Origin: the human T2T-CHM13v2.0 reference genome, Homo sapiens | Strand: one strand, 5' to 3' | Assembly (NCBI RefSeq): GCF_009914755.1 | Contig: NC_060926.1 | DNA: 64,000 nt | Part shown: positions 29,798-47,204 of the stretch, in pieces | Layout: the number at the start of each line of letters is the position of its first letter | How positions within the stretch are numbered: position 1 is the stretch's first letter | The notes under the pieces: model-generated | What the model was told of the DNA's origin: nothing | The model's input: only the letters and a program-made list of their open reading frames with translations | Database searches by the model: none | Made by a program: the position numbers and the translations under genes

Positions 29798-31228
29798 TAC
29801 CTATTTTTCCTGTTCTTTCAGTGATTGTTTTAAGGCTTCCAAGACACCCTTTTAAATTATCATGGTTTAATTACAATTATTCAATACTTTATACATATAA
29901 AAATTCTGGGTTGCTGGCAAGATGGCTGAATAGGAATAGCTCTGGTCTACAGCTCCCAGCGAGATCAACGCAAAAGGTGGGTGATTTCTGCATTTCCACC
30001 TGAGGTACCCAATCCATCTCACTGGGAATGGTTGGACAGTGGGTGCAGCCCATGGAGGGTGAGCTGAAGCAGGGTGGGGCATCACCTCACCCGGGAAGAG
30101 CATGAGGTCAGGGAACTTTCTTCCCTACCCAACTGAAGCCGTGAGGGATTGAGCCAGAGGAAGTCCAGCACACATACTGCACTTGTCCCATGGTCTTCGC
30201 AACCCACAAACCAGGAGATTCCCTCCAGTGCCTACCCCACCAGGGCCCTGGGTTTCAAGCATAAAACTGCGTGGCCATTTGGGCAGACACCAAACTAGCT
30301 GCAGGAGTTCTTTTTTTCCATACCCCATTGGTGCCCGGAATGCCAGCGAGACAGAACTGTTCCCTCTCCTGGAAAGGGGTGCTGAAGCCAGGGAGCCAAG
30401 TGGTCTGGCATGGCGGGTCCCACCCCCATGGAGCCCAGCAAACTAAGATCCACTGGCTTGAAATTCTCGCTGCCAGCACAGCAGCAGTCTAAGATCCACC
30501 TGGGATGCTCAAGCTTGGTGGAGGGAGGGGTGTCTGCCATTGCTGAGGCTTGAGTAGGTGGTTTTATGCTCACAGTGTAAACAAGGCCACTGGGAAGTTT
30601 GAACTGGGTAGAGACCATTGCAGCTCAGCAAGGCTGCTGTGGTCAGACTGCCAGATTTCTCTTCTTTCAGCAGGGCATCCCTGAAAAAAAGGCAGCAGCC
30701 CCAGTCAGGGACTTACAGATAAAACCCCCATCTCTCTGGGACACAGCACCTGCAGAAAGGGGCAGCTGTGGGTGCAGCTTCACCAGACTTAAATATCCCT
30801 GCCTGATGGCTCTGAAGAGAGAGCAGCGGACCTCACAGCACAACCTTCAAGCTCTGCTAAGGGTCAGACTGCCTCCTCAAGTGGATCTCTGACCCCCGTG
30901 TATCCTGACTAGGAGACACCTCCCAGTGGAGCCAACAGATACCTCATACAGGAGAGCTCTGGCTGACATCAAGCAGGTGCCCCTCTGGGATGAAGCTTCC
31001 AGAGGAAAGATCAGGCAGCAATCTTTGCTGTTCCGCTGTTCTGCAGCGTCCGCTGGTGATACCCAAACAGGGTCCAGAGTGGACCTCCAGCAAACTCTAG
31101 CAGACCGGCAGCAGGGAGGACTGACTATCAGATGGAAAACTAACAAACAGAAAGGAATAGCATGTCCACTCAAAGACCCCATCCGAAGGTCACCAACATC
31201 GAAGACCAAATGTAGGTAAATCCACAAA

Positions 31229-32253
31229 GATAGTGGGAAAACAGCACAACAAGACTGAAAATTCCTAAAACCAGAATGCCCCTTGTCTTCCAAAGGATCA
31301 CAACTCCTTGCTAGCAAGGGAACAAAACTGGACGGAAAATGAGTTTGACGAATTGACAGAAGTAGGCTTCAGAAGGTGGGTAATAACAAACTCCTCAAAG
31401 CAAAAAGAGCACATTCTAACCCAATGCAAGGAAGCTAAGAACCTTGAAAAAAGGTTAGACGAATTGCTAACTAGAATAACCAGTGTAGAGAAGAATATAA
31501 TGACCTGATGGAGCAAAAAACACAGCACGAGAACTTTGTGAAGCTTACACAAGTGTCAATAGCCGAATTGATCAAGCAGAAAAAAGGATATCGGTGATTG
31601 AAGATCAACTTAATGAAATAAAGAGAGAAGACAAGATTAGAGAAAAAAGAATGAAAAGGAATGAACAAAGCTTTGAAGAAATATGGGACTATGTGAAAAG
31701 ACCAAATCTACCTTTCATTGGTGTATCTGAAAGTGATGAGGAGAATGGAACCAAGTTGGAAAACACTCTGCAGGATATTATCCAGGAGAACTTCCCCGAA
31801 CTAGCAAGACAGGCCAACATTCAAATTCAGGAAATACAGGGAACACCACAAAGATACTCCTCAAGAAGAGCAACCCCAAGAAACATAATCATTAAATTCA
31901 CCAAAGTTGAAATGAAGGAAAAAATGTTAAGGGCAGCCACAGAGAAAGGTCAGGTTACCCACAAAGGGAAGCCCATTAGACTAACACCGGATCTCTCGGC
32001 AGAAACCCTACAAGCCGGAAGAGAGAGGGGGACAATATTCAACATTCTTAAAGAAAAGAATTTTCAACCCAGAATTTCTTATCCAGCCAAACTAAGCTTC
32101 ATAAGCAAAGGAGAAATAAAATCCTTTATAGACAAGCAAATGCTGAGAGATTTTGTCATCTCCAGGCCTGCCTCACAAGAGCTCCTGGAGGAAGGACTAA
32201 ACATGGAAAGGAACAACCAGTACCAGCCACTGCAAAAACATACCAAATTGTAA
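31229..32253 (+). pseudogene. L1 ORF1p remnant
   Basis: EIWDYVKRPNL, RATPRNII, YPAKLS motifs; start codon lost and frameshifted. Confidence 0.9.
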
Positions 32254-32316
32254 AGAACAGCAACACTATGAAGAAACTGCATCAACTAATGGGCAAAACA
32301 ACCAGCTAGCATCACA

Positions 32317-36143
<3,827 letters not shown>

Positions 36144-36363
36144 ACAACGAGAACACATGGACATAGGGAGGGGAACATCACACACTGTCAGAGGATGGGG
36201 GGCTAGGGGAGGGATAACACTAGGAGAAATACCTAATGTAGGTGACGGGTTGATGGGTGCAGCAAACTACCATGCCACGTGTATACCTATGCCACGTGTA
36301 TACCTATGTAACAAAACTGCACTTTCTGTACATGTACTCCAGATCTTTAAGCATAATTTAAAA

Positions 36364-38200
36364 GAAATTCTACAATTTCTCTTCCTGTCTTCTGTGCAAT
36401 TTTTGTCCTGTATTTTTCTTCTACATTTTATAAATTCCAGAATACATTGTTGTTATTTTTGCTTTATATATTTAATTATTTTAATAAGATTTTTAAAAAT
36501 CAAAATTAGTTCTATATGTATTCACATATTGGCCATTTCCAGTGCTCTTTATTTCTTTGTGTAAATCTAAATTTCCGTGTAGCCTCATTTTATTTTCTGC
36601 CAAAATAATTTTATTTAACATGCTTTTTGTATGGATTTGCTGGTGATAAATGTTCTCAGTTTTGCTTGTCTGCAAAGGTCTTTAACTTTAATTTTTGAAA
36701 GGTATTTTTTGTTGTATATAGAATTCCAAATTGACAGCTGGTTCACTCTGCCCTCACAATATTTAAATATATTATTCATTGTTTTCTGACATGCTTGACC
36801 TCCAGTGAGAAATATGCTGTCATTCCAATCTCTGTTCCTCTGAATATATTGTTTCCTTTTCTCTGGCTGCCTTTTTTTAAATGCCAGAATTTCTCACAAA
36901 ACAGTCAAATATACCTGTTTAAAGACAGAAGGTAAAATAGCGCTAGTTTTGTCTTGTGCAAATCCATAGACTGCCACCAGTAGACAGAAAGGAGCTCAAT
37001 AAGAATACTCTGACTACTTTAATGTTTTTTCTTTATTACTGGTATTCTTCAAATTGAGTATGAGGTGTCTTGGTTTGGTTTTCCAAATATTTGTTATGTT
37101 GGAGATTATTTAAGTTCTAAAGTTTGTAGTTCACCAAATTAGAAAGTGTTCTTCATTATGTATGTCTGCCCCCCACCTCAAACTTCCTTTCCTTCTGAAA
37201 TTCCATTATCTGTATGTTAGCTCACTTATTGTTGTTTTATATTAGAGATATCCTGCTTGCTTTTATCAATGGTGTTTCCCTCTATATTTCATTTCCCATG
37301 GTTTCTATTGCTATGTAATTAATATTTTCTTTTGTATTTTCCAATCCACTATTAATCTCATTCAGCTTATTTCTTATTTTAGATTTTTTTGACTTACAGA
37401 AGTCTGTTTTGTAATATTAAAAAAAAATCACATTTTTGATTGTCATGCTGTGCTTTTCTTTACATTCTCAAACATAGAGAACACATTTGTAATACTTCTG
37501 TTAAAGTCCTTATCTGCTGATTTTATCATTTATGCCATTTCATGTTCTGTTTTTTCCAATTTGTATCATATTTTTCTGCTTCTTTGCATCTCTAGCTGTT
37601 TTGTATTGCATGCTAGAATTCAGATGCTAAATTCCTTGAATTGCTTTAGATATTTATTTTTAGTTTTCTGGAATATAACTAATTTAGTTTGCATTATTTT
37701 ATGAGGCTTGCTTTTAAGTTTTCATAGGCGGGTTCAGGGCAGCCTTTAATCTAAAGCAAATTTAACCCCATCATTAAATGGACATACCTTTTGGCGAATT
37801 CTATCCAATGTCTCATTTTAATAGGTCTTCACACACTGGCTGGTAGAAATATGGGCAGAAATATTTCCTGGACCTATATGATAACTGTGCATTGTTCTAC
37901 CTGCTTTCTAATGTTCTTACCCTGGTATGAGATAGTTTCCTCATGTGAATATGCACTCATTATGTAGTCATGAATTTGGTGGAATCCCTCTGCAAATCGA
38001 CAGATCTTTTCACCCTGTCTGTAATTACCTTCCTCTCTATTCATTTTCTCAGAAATTCAAATTAGCTTGACCTCCCTGAACTATCTCCTCAACTCTGAGA
38101 CTGCTCACTTTATTTGAGCCTCTTCTCCTTGACTGTGGCCTAGAAACTCTTTTCAGACAGTAGACTGCAACAATTAGAGGACTCATTTTCATTGTTTGTT
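36364..38200 (-). mobile_element. Old L1M fragments
   Basis: Antisense ORF1/ORF2-like T-rich sequence (minus-strand ORF 36493..36675 resembles the ORF1 C-terminus). Confidence 0.6.
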
Positions 38201-38204
38201 ATTT

Positions 38205-41200
38205 TTTTTTCTTTTCAATAGACTTTATCTTTTAGATTAGTTTTAGGTTCACAACAAAATGGTGCAGAAAGTACAGAGAATTGCCATATATCCTTGTCTT
38301 CCACACATCCACAGCTTCCTCCAACTCTTAACATCTCACCAGGGTTGTGCATTTATTAGAACTAATGAATCTGCACTGTCACTCCACTATCAACCAAAGT
38401 TCACAGTTAACAAAAGGGTTTATGTTTGATGTATATTTCATGGGTCTGGACAAAGACACATGTATAATGACATGTACCCATCAGTATAATATCATGCAGA
38501 GTATTTTCACTGTTCTAAAAATCTTCTGTGCTCCACCTATTCATTTGTCCACCCATCTCCAACTCAACTACTTCAACACTCACAACACTAAGATCCTCTG
38601 ATACTTTTACTGTTCCCATAGTTTTGCCATTTCCAGAATTTCGTATAGTTGGAATCATATGATATGTATCCTTCTCAGATTTGGCTTCTTTCACTCAGTA
38701 ATATGCATTTAAGTTTTATCCATGTCTTTTCATGGCTTCATAGCTTATTGATTTTCAGTGCTGAATAATATTTCATTGTCTGGATTTATAACAATTTACT
38801 TAACTAATTGTTGAAGAACATCTTGGTTGCCTCCAAGTTTTAGCAATTATGTGTAAAGCTGCTATAAACATGTGTGCAAGTTTTTGTGTGGACATAAGTT
38901 TTCAACTCCTTTGGGTAAATACCAAGGAGTATAACTGCTGGATCATATGGTAAGTGTATGTTTAGTTAGGTAAGGAACTGCCAAACTTTCTTCCACAGGG
39001 GTTGTACAATTTTGCATCCCCATCAGCAACAAATGAGATTTTTCTATTGCTCCACATTATTGAGTTGTGAATATTTTGAATTTGGGCCATTCCAATAGGC
39101 ATGAGTGATATCTTATTGTTTTAATTTGCCTTTTCCTAATGATATGTAATATGTAGCATCTTTTCATATGATTATTCATTCTCTGTTTATTTTTTGGTGA
39201 GATTGTTAAGATCTTTGGCCCATTTTTAATTAGGTTGTTCATTTTCTTATTGTTGAGTTTTAAGGGTTTTTGGTATATTTTGGACAAGAGTCCTTTATCT
39301 GATATACCTTTGGCAAATATTTTTTTCTAGTTTTTTTGTTCTCTTGAGAGTGTCTTCTGCAGAGCAGAAGTTTTTTTGTTGCTGTTGTTTTTAACTGTTA
39401 TTTTAGGTTCAGGTACATGTGCAGGTTTGTTATATAGGTTAACTAATGTCACAGGGGTTTGTTGTGATTAATTAAGTACTAATCTTATGAATTATGCCCT
39501 TAGTGCTATATCTAAAAAGACATTTTCATGATTAAGGCTATCTAGATTTTCTTCTATGCTGTCTTCTAGCAGTTTTATATTTTTACATTTTACATTTAGG
39601 TCTCTGATTCATTTTGAATTAATTTTTGCAAAGAGCATGAGGAGTGTATCTAAGTATACTTTTTTTTGGATGTGGATAACCAATTGTTTCAGAACCATTT
39701 GTTTAAAAGACTATCTATGCTCTATTGTATTGCCTTTTCTCCTTTGTCACAGATTACTTAACCATATTTATGAGAGTTTGTTTCTGGGCTCCCTATTCTG
39801 TTTCTTTGATCTAATTGTCTGTTTTTATACCAATATCACACTGTCTTGATTGCTGTGACTTTATAAAAAGTCTTGAAGTCATATAATACTCTTCCTAATT
39901 TATTATTCTCCTTCAATGTTATGTAGGCTATTATGGGTATTTGACACTCTATAAAAACTTCACAGTCAGTTTTCAATATCCACTTGCTGATATTTTTATT
40001 GGGATCACATTGGACCCATAGATCAAATTGGGAAGAAACTGACATCTGGAAAGAACTGATGTCTTGACAATATTGGGTCTCTAAATCCATGAACGTGGAA
40101 TATTTCTTCATTTATTTAGCTCACTGGTTTCATTTATCAGAGTGTTATAGTTTCCCTCATATTGATCTCACACATTTTTTGTTAGATTTATACATAATTA
40201 TTTCATTTTGGGGGGATGATAGTGTAAATGGTAATGTGTTTTTAATTTCAAGTTTCACTTGTTCATTGTTAATATTTAAGAGAGCAATTAATTTTTGTAT
40301 ATTAATCTTATATCCTGCAGCTTTGCTATATTTGTGTATTAGTTTCAAGAATTATTTTGCTGATTATTTCTTAAATTTTCTTCATAGCTAACTATGTCAT
40401 CTGTAAATAAAGACATTTTTATTTCTCCTTTCTCAATCTTAATATCTTCTATCTTTTTTTTTTTTGTCTGTCTTATTGCATTAGCTAGGATTTCCAGTAC
40501 AATGTTGAAAGGAAGTAATGACAAGGTATGTTTCCGCCTTGCTCCTGAACAGGAAAGTTTCTAATTTCTTATCATTAGGTATGATGCTATCTGTAGGTTG
40601 TCAGTGTTCATTATTCAGTTGATAAAGTTCCACCTTGTTCCTGTTTTTCTGAGAGTTTTAATAATGAATGGGTATTTAATTTTGTCAAATGCTTCTTCTG
40701 CATCTACTATGTGATTTCTAATTTAGCCTGTGGGTGAGATTTATTACATTAGTTGATTTTTTAATGTTGAACTGACCAAATATACTGGGTATAAATCCAA
40801 CTTGACTGTGGTATATAATTCTTTGCATATATTGTTGGATTCAATTTGCTAATATTTTGTTGAAGATTTTTACATCTATCATCATGAGAGATGTTGATCT
40901 ATAGTATTCTTCTCTTGTAATGTCCATGTCTAGTTTTGGTATTGGGAAAATGCTGGCCTCACACAATGAGTTAGAAAGTACTCTTTTTGCTTCTATCTTC
41001 TGTAAGAGATTATAGATTATTGGTATGATTTATTACTTAATGTTGTAGAATTCACCATTAAGCCCACATGGATTTGTTGCTTTTCCTTTTGGAAGGTAAT
41101 TAATTTTTGGTTGAATTTCTTAACAGATAAAGGTCGATTCAGATAAACTATTTCCTCTTGTGTGAATTTTTACAGTTTGTGTTTTTCAAGGAATTCATCC

Positions 41201-41310
41201 ATTTCATTTAGGTTATCAAATTTGTGGGCCTAGAGTTGTTCATACTATCCCTTTATTATTCTTCTAATGTCCTTAGGATATGTAGTAATGTCTCCTCTTC
41301 CTTTTTTCCT
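38205..41310 (-). mobile_element. L1MC1-like 3' 3 kb, with a small L1PA 3' fragment at about 39370-39470
   Basis: GACTTTAT..TAGTTTTAGGTTCACAACAAAAT..CAGAAAGTACAGAGA 3' end; minus-strand ORF2 pieces (YSKAAGYKINIQK). Confidence 0.85.
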
Positions 41311-41799
41311 TTCAGGAAACACTGTACAAAGCTGCCCATTTTTCAACATCTGAAGGTGATCATATTAATATTTAGTAAAGTTTTCTAGGTTATATAAGAT
41401 GAAGGTTAAATCTACTTCCTGTTATACCATGATGGATACAGAATTCATCTGTGTTCAAATCTTTTGGAAATTCTGCAATTAAGTTAGGTTGGTACCTCTC
41501 AGAATTTCTTCTTAAATCCTGAGTTTAAAATGGGAAAAGCCTCCACTATTCACTTGAGAATCTGTTATAATTTGATTATCACTTCTTTGTGTTTTCCCAT
41601 TAGCTATTACAAATATTTTCTCTACATTTCAGTGTTTTATAGTTTTTGCTTTGATTTATCTTGGAATTCATTCAGATTCCTCTATGTGAGTATTGGTGTG
41701 TTTCAAAACTTCTGTAAAATTATCAAACTTTACCTCTTTGACTATTGCATATTCACGTTCTTTCTAGTGTATATTTCTGGAGCTCCAATTAGACAAGCA

Positions 41800-42281
41800 T
41801 TTCTAATTATTTTTCTTTTTGCAATTGATTCCTCTGGAAGTCTGGCAAGGACTAAGAACATCTTCACATACTAATATTTTTAAGTGCTTAGTAAAAAAAA
41901 TTATAGGATGGCAAAAAAAGCAAACAAATTCGTGACATATTAATATATTTACATCTTCACTAAAATAATGAAACAAAGCTCTGACTAATTAGTAAGTGTG
42001 GTCCAATAACTACCATAGTTTCTGAATAATGATTAGTATAAACAATATCTTGAGACGCCTACAACAAATGTAATGTGATATAAAAATAGTAGTCATGTTT
42101 TATGGTGAAAGATACTGGCAATATTATTGTGATTTGTTCTCTACATGAATAATTGAAATAAATGTTGAATTTCATTTGGATCTTAGTCAAAATAAATTTA
42201 ATTTTCCATGCTTGTCACAGACTCCCTGGTTTCTATCCATAAACACTTAAATGGTTGTGTATCTCATGATAAGAACCTCTA
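41800..42281. mobile_element. MER119-like hAT-Charlie element
   Basis: GGAAGTCTGG..AATAACTACCATAGTTTC..ACAACAAATGTAATGTGATAT..TAAGAACCTCT. Confidence 0.65.
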
Positions 42282-42839
42282 AAATGACATTACTTAATGC
42301 CTTTTTGCTCTTTCAACTCAGCCTTTTAAGCCCTATGTTATACTTTTCTTTTCTTTTTCTCTACTATATACTGGATAATTTCTTCATATTTAGTTTGCAG
42401 TTCACTAACTCTCATTTAAACTGGTTGTAATTCCATGCATTAAATTTTTTATCTCGAATCTTATTTTTCATATCCAAAAGTTGTAGTTTTTTTCTCTATC
42501 TAGTTATCTTTTTAATAATGTCCTTCAAGATTTTCATTTTTCCTCTCTAAATATTTTTTTCACATTTTTTGTCTGACATTTTTATAAAAATTTGAGAATT
42601 TACAATCTTTATATATCTGAGTTTAACTGATTTTTTTTTATTTATTGCACATTGTTTTCTCCTATTATTTACAACTTCATTTTTTCTATAACTTTATGTA
42701 GCTTATTTGAGAACTGAGTTTTTAATGTATGTTTTTCTAAGGAGAATGGAATTGGTTCTTTTGTAAACCAGAGCACTACTGATCTGAGATCACTATAAAT
42801 TAAATTTGGGGGTTGTGTTGGACTACACATGTTTTGTGA

Positions 42840-43159
<320 letters not shown>

Positions 43160-43294
43160 TAGTTTCTGATTACAAATTCATAGGGAAGATTTTTTTTCAA
43201 ATATAGCCAAGGAAATGATAAGCGTTTTTGGAAACCACATCTCTTTGTGGTATGAGTTATTTTGTTTGTTTGATTTGTTTTTCTAGTCTTCCCA

Positions 43295-43545
43295 TATTTA
43301 ATGTATTTTCTTAAATTGACAGATAAAATTGTATGTATCATATACAATATTTTGACATATGTATGCACTGTAGAATGACTAAATCTTGCTAATTAACATG
43401 TGCATTACCTGACATAGTTATCATTTTCATGGTAAGAATACGTTACACATTTTTCAAGAATATGATATGTTGTTACCTATAGTTACCATGTCATACAATA
43501 GATCTCTTAAACTCATTCCTTCTATGTGATTGAAATTTCTACTAC
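43295..43545 (-). mobile_element. L1MA 3' end fragment
   Basis: AATTGACAGATAAAATTGTATG..TATAGTTACCATG..TACAATAGATCTCT. Confidence 0.75.
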
Positions 43546-43899
43546 CACTGTTCCCATAGTAGTTTAGGTGAGGTCACAGCTTTATGTGGAATACTTTGAT
43601 CTACTGTCTTGCCTTCTTCAAGCCCTAGGTTGAGTCTCCTGTTCCCTGTACAGCCTCTTAATCTGACAATCTAAAGATCTAGGTAACCAAAGACTGCATG
43701 ATGACCCCAGGCAACTGCCTGCTTCTGTGCTTTCTTATATGTCCAGGTTCATGTTTTCTCATTGATTTAGTCAAGGGATAACTTTTTGTTACTCTTCCTC
43801 TCATCTATGTATTTAAAAGATAATATGAAGTACTTTATCTAACATTTTTATTTGTTTCTGTTTTTAACCAGATGGGTTGCTCAAGAGTTCTAATATGTC

Positions 43900-44230
43900 A
43901 TGCTGTTGGAAACAAATGATTTTTAAGCAAGGGTAGACATATGTAATAAGATGTTCATTTTAGAAAAATTATGAAAGTAGAATTAGGAAATATGGTATAA
44001 AGGGTGAGAGTATGATGGTAGATGGGATCATTTCTTAGGAGACTCTTACAGGAATCAATCAGAAGATAAAAAGACACTAAACTGAAGCAATAATGTTGGG
44101 TGGGGGAATGGAAGAGTTGCCTGCTAGAGATACACTGAGGGTAGAAAGTTCTTTGCAACCTTGTGACTGTAAGAAAGGATAAGCTATCTTGAATGATTAC
44201 AACTTTTCAGCCATTTATCTTGTACATTGC
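43900..44230 (-). mobile_element. L2 fragment
   Basis: ATTTTTAAGCAAGGG..TTTTAGAAAAAT antisense L2-like. Confidence 0.5.
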
Positions 44231-45626
44231 AGTTATTGACAGTGACTTTTATTAAGACACACCATTTTGGGAATGTCCATGGAAACTCTTCTCCTGGTGC
44301 ACCACATACATATTAAATATCTATGGACTTGTTAGAGTTAGAATAGAAATTCATATATTCTATTCTTTCATTACTAACTTGAGAGAGAGAGATATCCATT
44401 CACATTTCCACATGCTATCTCAAGAAGCTTGGGTTACCATCTCCAAAGATTGAAAGAAGGGTGAAAGACCAAGCTAAAGATGAAGGAGAAGACTGCATGC
44501 AGGCTATAAAATATGTATGCACAGATACGCTTACCAGAAAATTATTCGTAATTTGATGTCTTCATTACTCTTTTTCTGTTAACATCTTCCATTCAGCCTA
44601 AGAATGAATAAACCCAAATCAGTGAATGCTAATAAAAGTACATTTGTGATTTACCTGATAATGGTGTAGTAATCATTATCTGAAGGGTCAACTATCTCCT
44701 AGCTGAATAAAAGTGAGAAACAAATTAGAGAAGAAAAATTCTAGGTTGATTTTCAGTTTTATGTCATTGTAATTTAGCTCAAGTTTTTTTTTTTCTCTCC
44801 ATGAAACCTTTATAATTAAGAAACGATTTTCAGTCCTCTTTTTTTTCTACTCAGTTCTATTGGATAATTTAAAAATCTGTTTGTCGTTGCTTCAGAAAGT
44901 AAAAATTCCAGACGCTTTGTGTGCTGATTAACATCTAAGAAATCTATAAAGTTTAATTAGGAAAAAAATGAACAATAAAGTTTTATTCACCCTGCTAAAT
45001 TTTAGTGGCTAACGTACTGCTTTATTTTCCATAGCTTTACTTCTTTGCAATCCTAAAAAGGCTTGAAAATTCTCATTAGGGAAACATGTTTTTACTTTGC
45101 ATATGTTGAGTGGTAGAAAGTACAATAAAGGATTAGATTCGTTGGTTTTGTTTCTTTTTTAATGCTTAGAATTTAAGCAATTGTTCTTAATATCCATTTT
45201 CAGTATTTTATTACATCCAACCTAATATCTTATTTTTTTCCTGTGTTTAGGTGTTACCTCCTGAACTAAAGTAGAAGATCATGATGGACAGAATCTAGTT
45301 TAATTTAAATGCCTTCACTAGTTTTTAGGGTAGTGGGCATGTATAAGCAGAATTATTTGAAAAGTGAGAAATTAATAAATTGGAGAGTAACTGAAATTCC
45401 TCTCCTATTAACCACTATGTAGGGGACTCCCAACACGGAAATTTCTTGATGGTAAGCTTTAATACATCTTTATATTTGACTCACATTTTATAATTAAACA
45501 TATACGTTCCTTTCTTTTCTTATGTAACACTATCTTTTAAATTATTAAAAGCTCTAATAAGTTAGAAAGACAGGTATCCCTCCCTCCATTTGATGGATGA
45601 AGACATTAAGATTTAAAGTAATGAAG

Positions 45627-46081
45627 TATATTAGTCACAGTTCCCCTGAGAAATTGAACCCATAGAATGGAACTGACTTCCATGATTATGAAGTCTGAGA
45701 AGTCCCACTGTCTGCCCTCTGCAATCTGGAGACCCAGGAAAGCTGGTGGTATAGTTCAGTTTGAATCTGAAGGCCTGAGATCCAGGTTAGCAAACGGTAT
45801 AAATCCACTCCAAGGAGAAGAGAATGTGATGCAAGATGTCCCAAGCAGACAGGCAGGAAGCAAAAGGGGCAAATTTATCCTTCTTCTGCCTTTTGTTCTA
45901 TTCGGGCCCTCAATGGGTTAGATAATGCCTACCCATATTGGAGAGGGGGAATCCATTTTAACGAGTATGTGGATTCAAATGATAATCTCATCTGGAAGTA
46001 CCCTCAGGGACACACCCAGAAATAATGTTTAATCACAGCACCCTATCGCCAGTCAGGTTGACACATAAAATTAATCACACA
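45627..46081 (-). mobile_element. MLT2 (C/D-like) ERVL solo LTR
   Basis: ATGATTATGAAGTCTGAGAAGTCCCA..GACCCAGGAAAGCTGGTGGT..GTTGACACATAAAATTAATCACACA. Confidence 0.85.
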
Positions 46082-46839
46082 AAGTCATCTACTTCCCTTG
46101 AAAATAAGCACAAAATTAGAAAGAAGAACACAGGATTCCTGGTTTCAGAATGGTAATTCAGACATTATAGCACAGATTTCAAGACATATTTTAGGAACTG
46201 GCTGAAATACAGAAGCATATTACATCTCCTAGATGATTGAGAAAAGGTTTGATTTTACAGTACTTGTATTTCAAATGGCCTCAAGATTAAATATAATGTA
46301 ATATCTATTTTTAAGTGAGTATGTCTAAGTATCTTATGAGTTTCAAAAGACTGGCAATATTAGACTTTATTGATAAAAAAGTGGTAACAAAACAGGGTGA
46401 TCTCATCAAAGAGGAATTGTACAATGGAAGAGTGCATTCACACTAGCAACTTAAAATTGCATTATGAACTATGACATGAGACAGCATTAAAAGCTTTATA
46501 CATTTAGTACTCAATGATGACAGTCATTGTGAAGGTGTCCATTCATTTACTGTTTGTGAAATTATAAATTGATACAATTTTTTAAACAGAATGATAAACA
46601 TTAAAGAACATTGATGATTTTCATCTTTAGCATTTCTAGTCTTATACATTAATCTTAAGTAAATAATTTAGTAAAAAATAAACATCTGAAGTGATCAAAC
46701 AGCAATCTGTAATGGTATAAAAATATTAGGGAAAGTCTAAGTGTATGACAAAAATTATTTTAAAATTCATTGTGTATCAATACAAATAAAATGCTATTTA
46801 GTCAACAATGACTATCATAAAATATACGACAATATGGAC

Positions 46840-47204
46840 TGTATTAGTCTGTTCTTACACTGCTATAAAGAACTACCTGAGACGGGGTAATATATGAAGA
46901 AAAGAGGCTTAATTGACTCACACTTCTGCATGGCTGAGGAGGCTTCAGGAAACTTACAATCATGGCAGAAGGCGAAGGTGGACCAAGGTACATCTTACAT
47001 GGTGGCAGGAGAGAGAGCAAGAGAGGGGGAAGTGCTTTACTTTTAAACCATCAGATCTCCTAAGACTCACTCACTATCATGAGAACAGCAAGAGCGAAGT
47101 CCTGCCCCATGATCAAATCACCCCCCACCAGGTCCCTCACTCGACACACAGGGATTACAATTTGAGATGAGATTTGGGTGGGGACACAAAGCCAAACCAC
47201 ATCA
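46840..47204 (-). mobile_element. MSTA-like MaLR solo LTR
   Basis: TGTATTAGTCTGTTCTTACACTGCTATAAAG...GGGACACAAAGCCAAACCACATCA. Confidence 0.92.
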
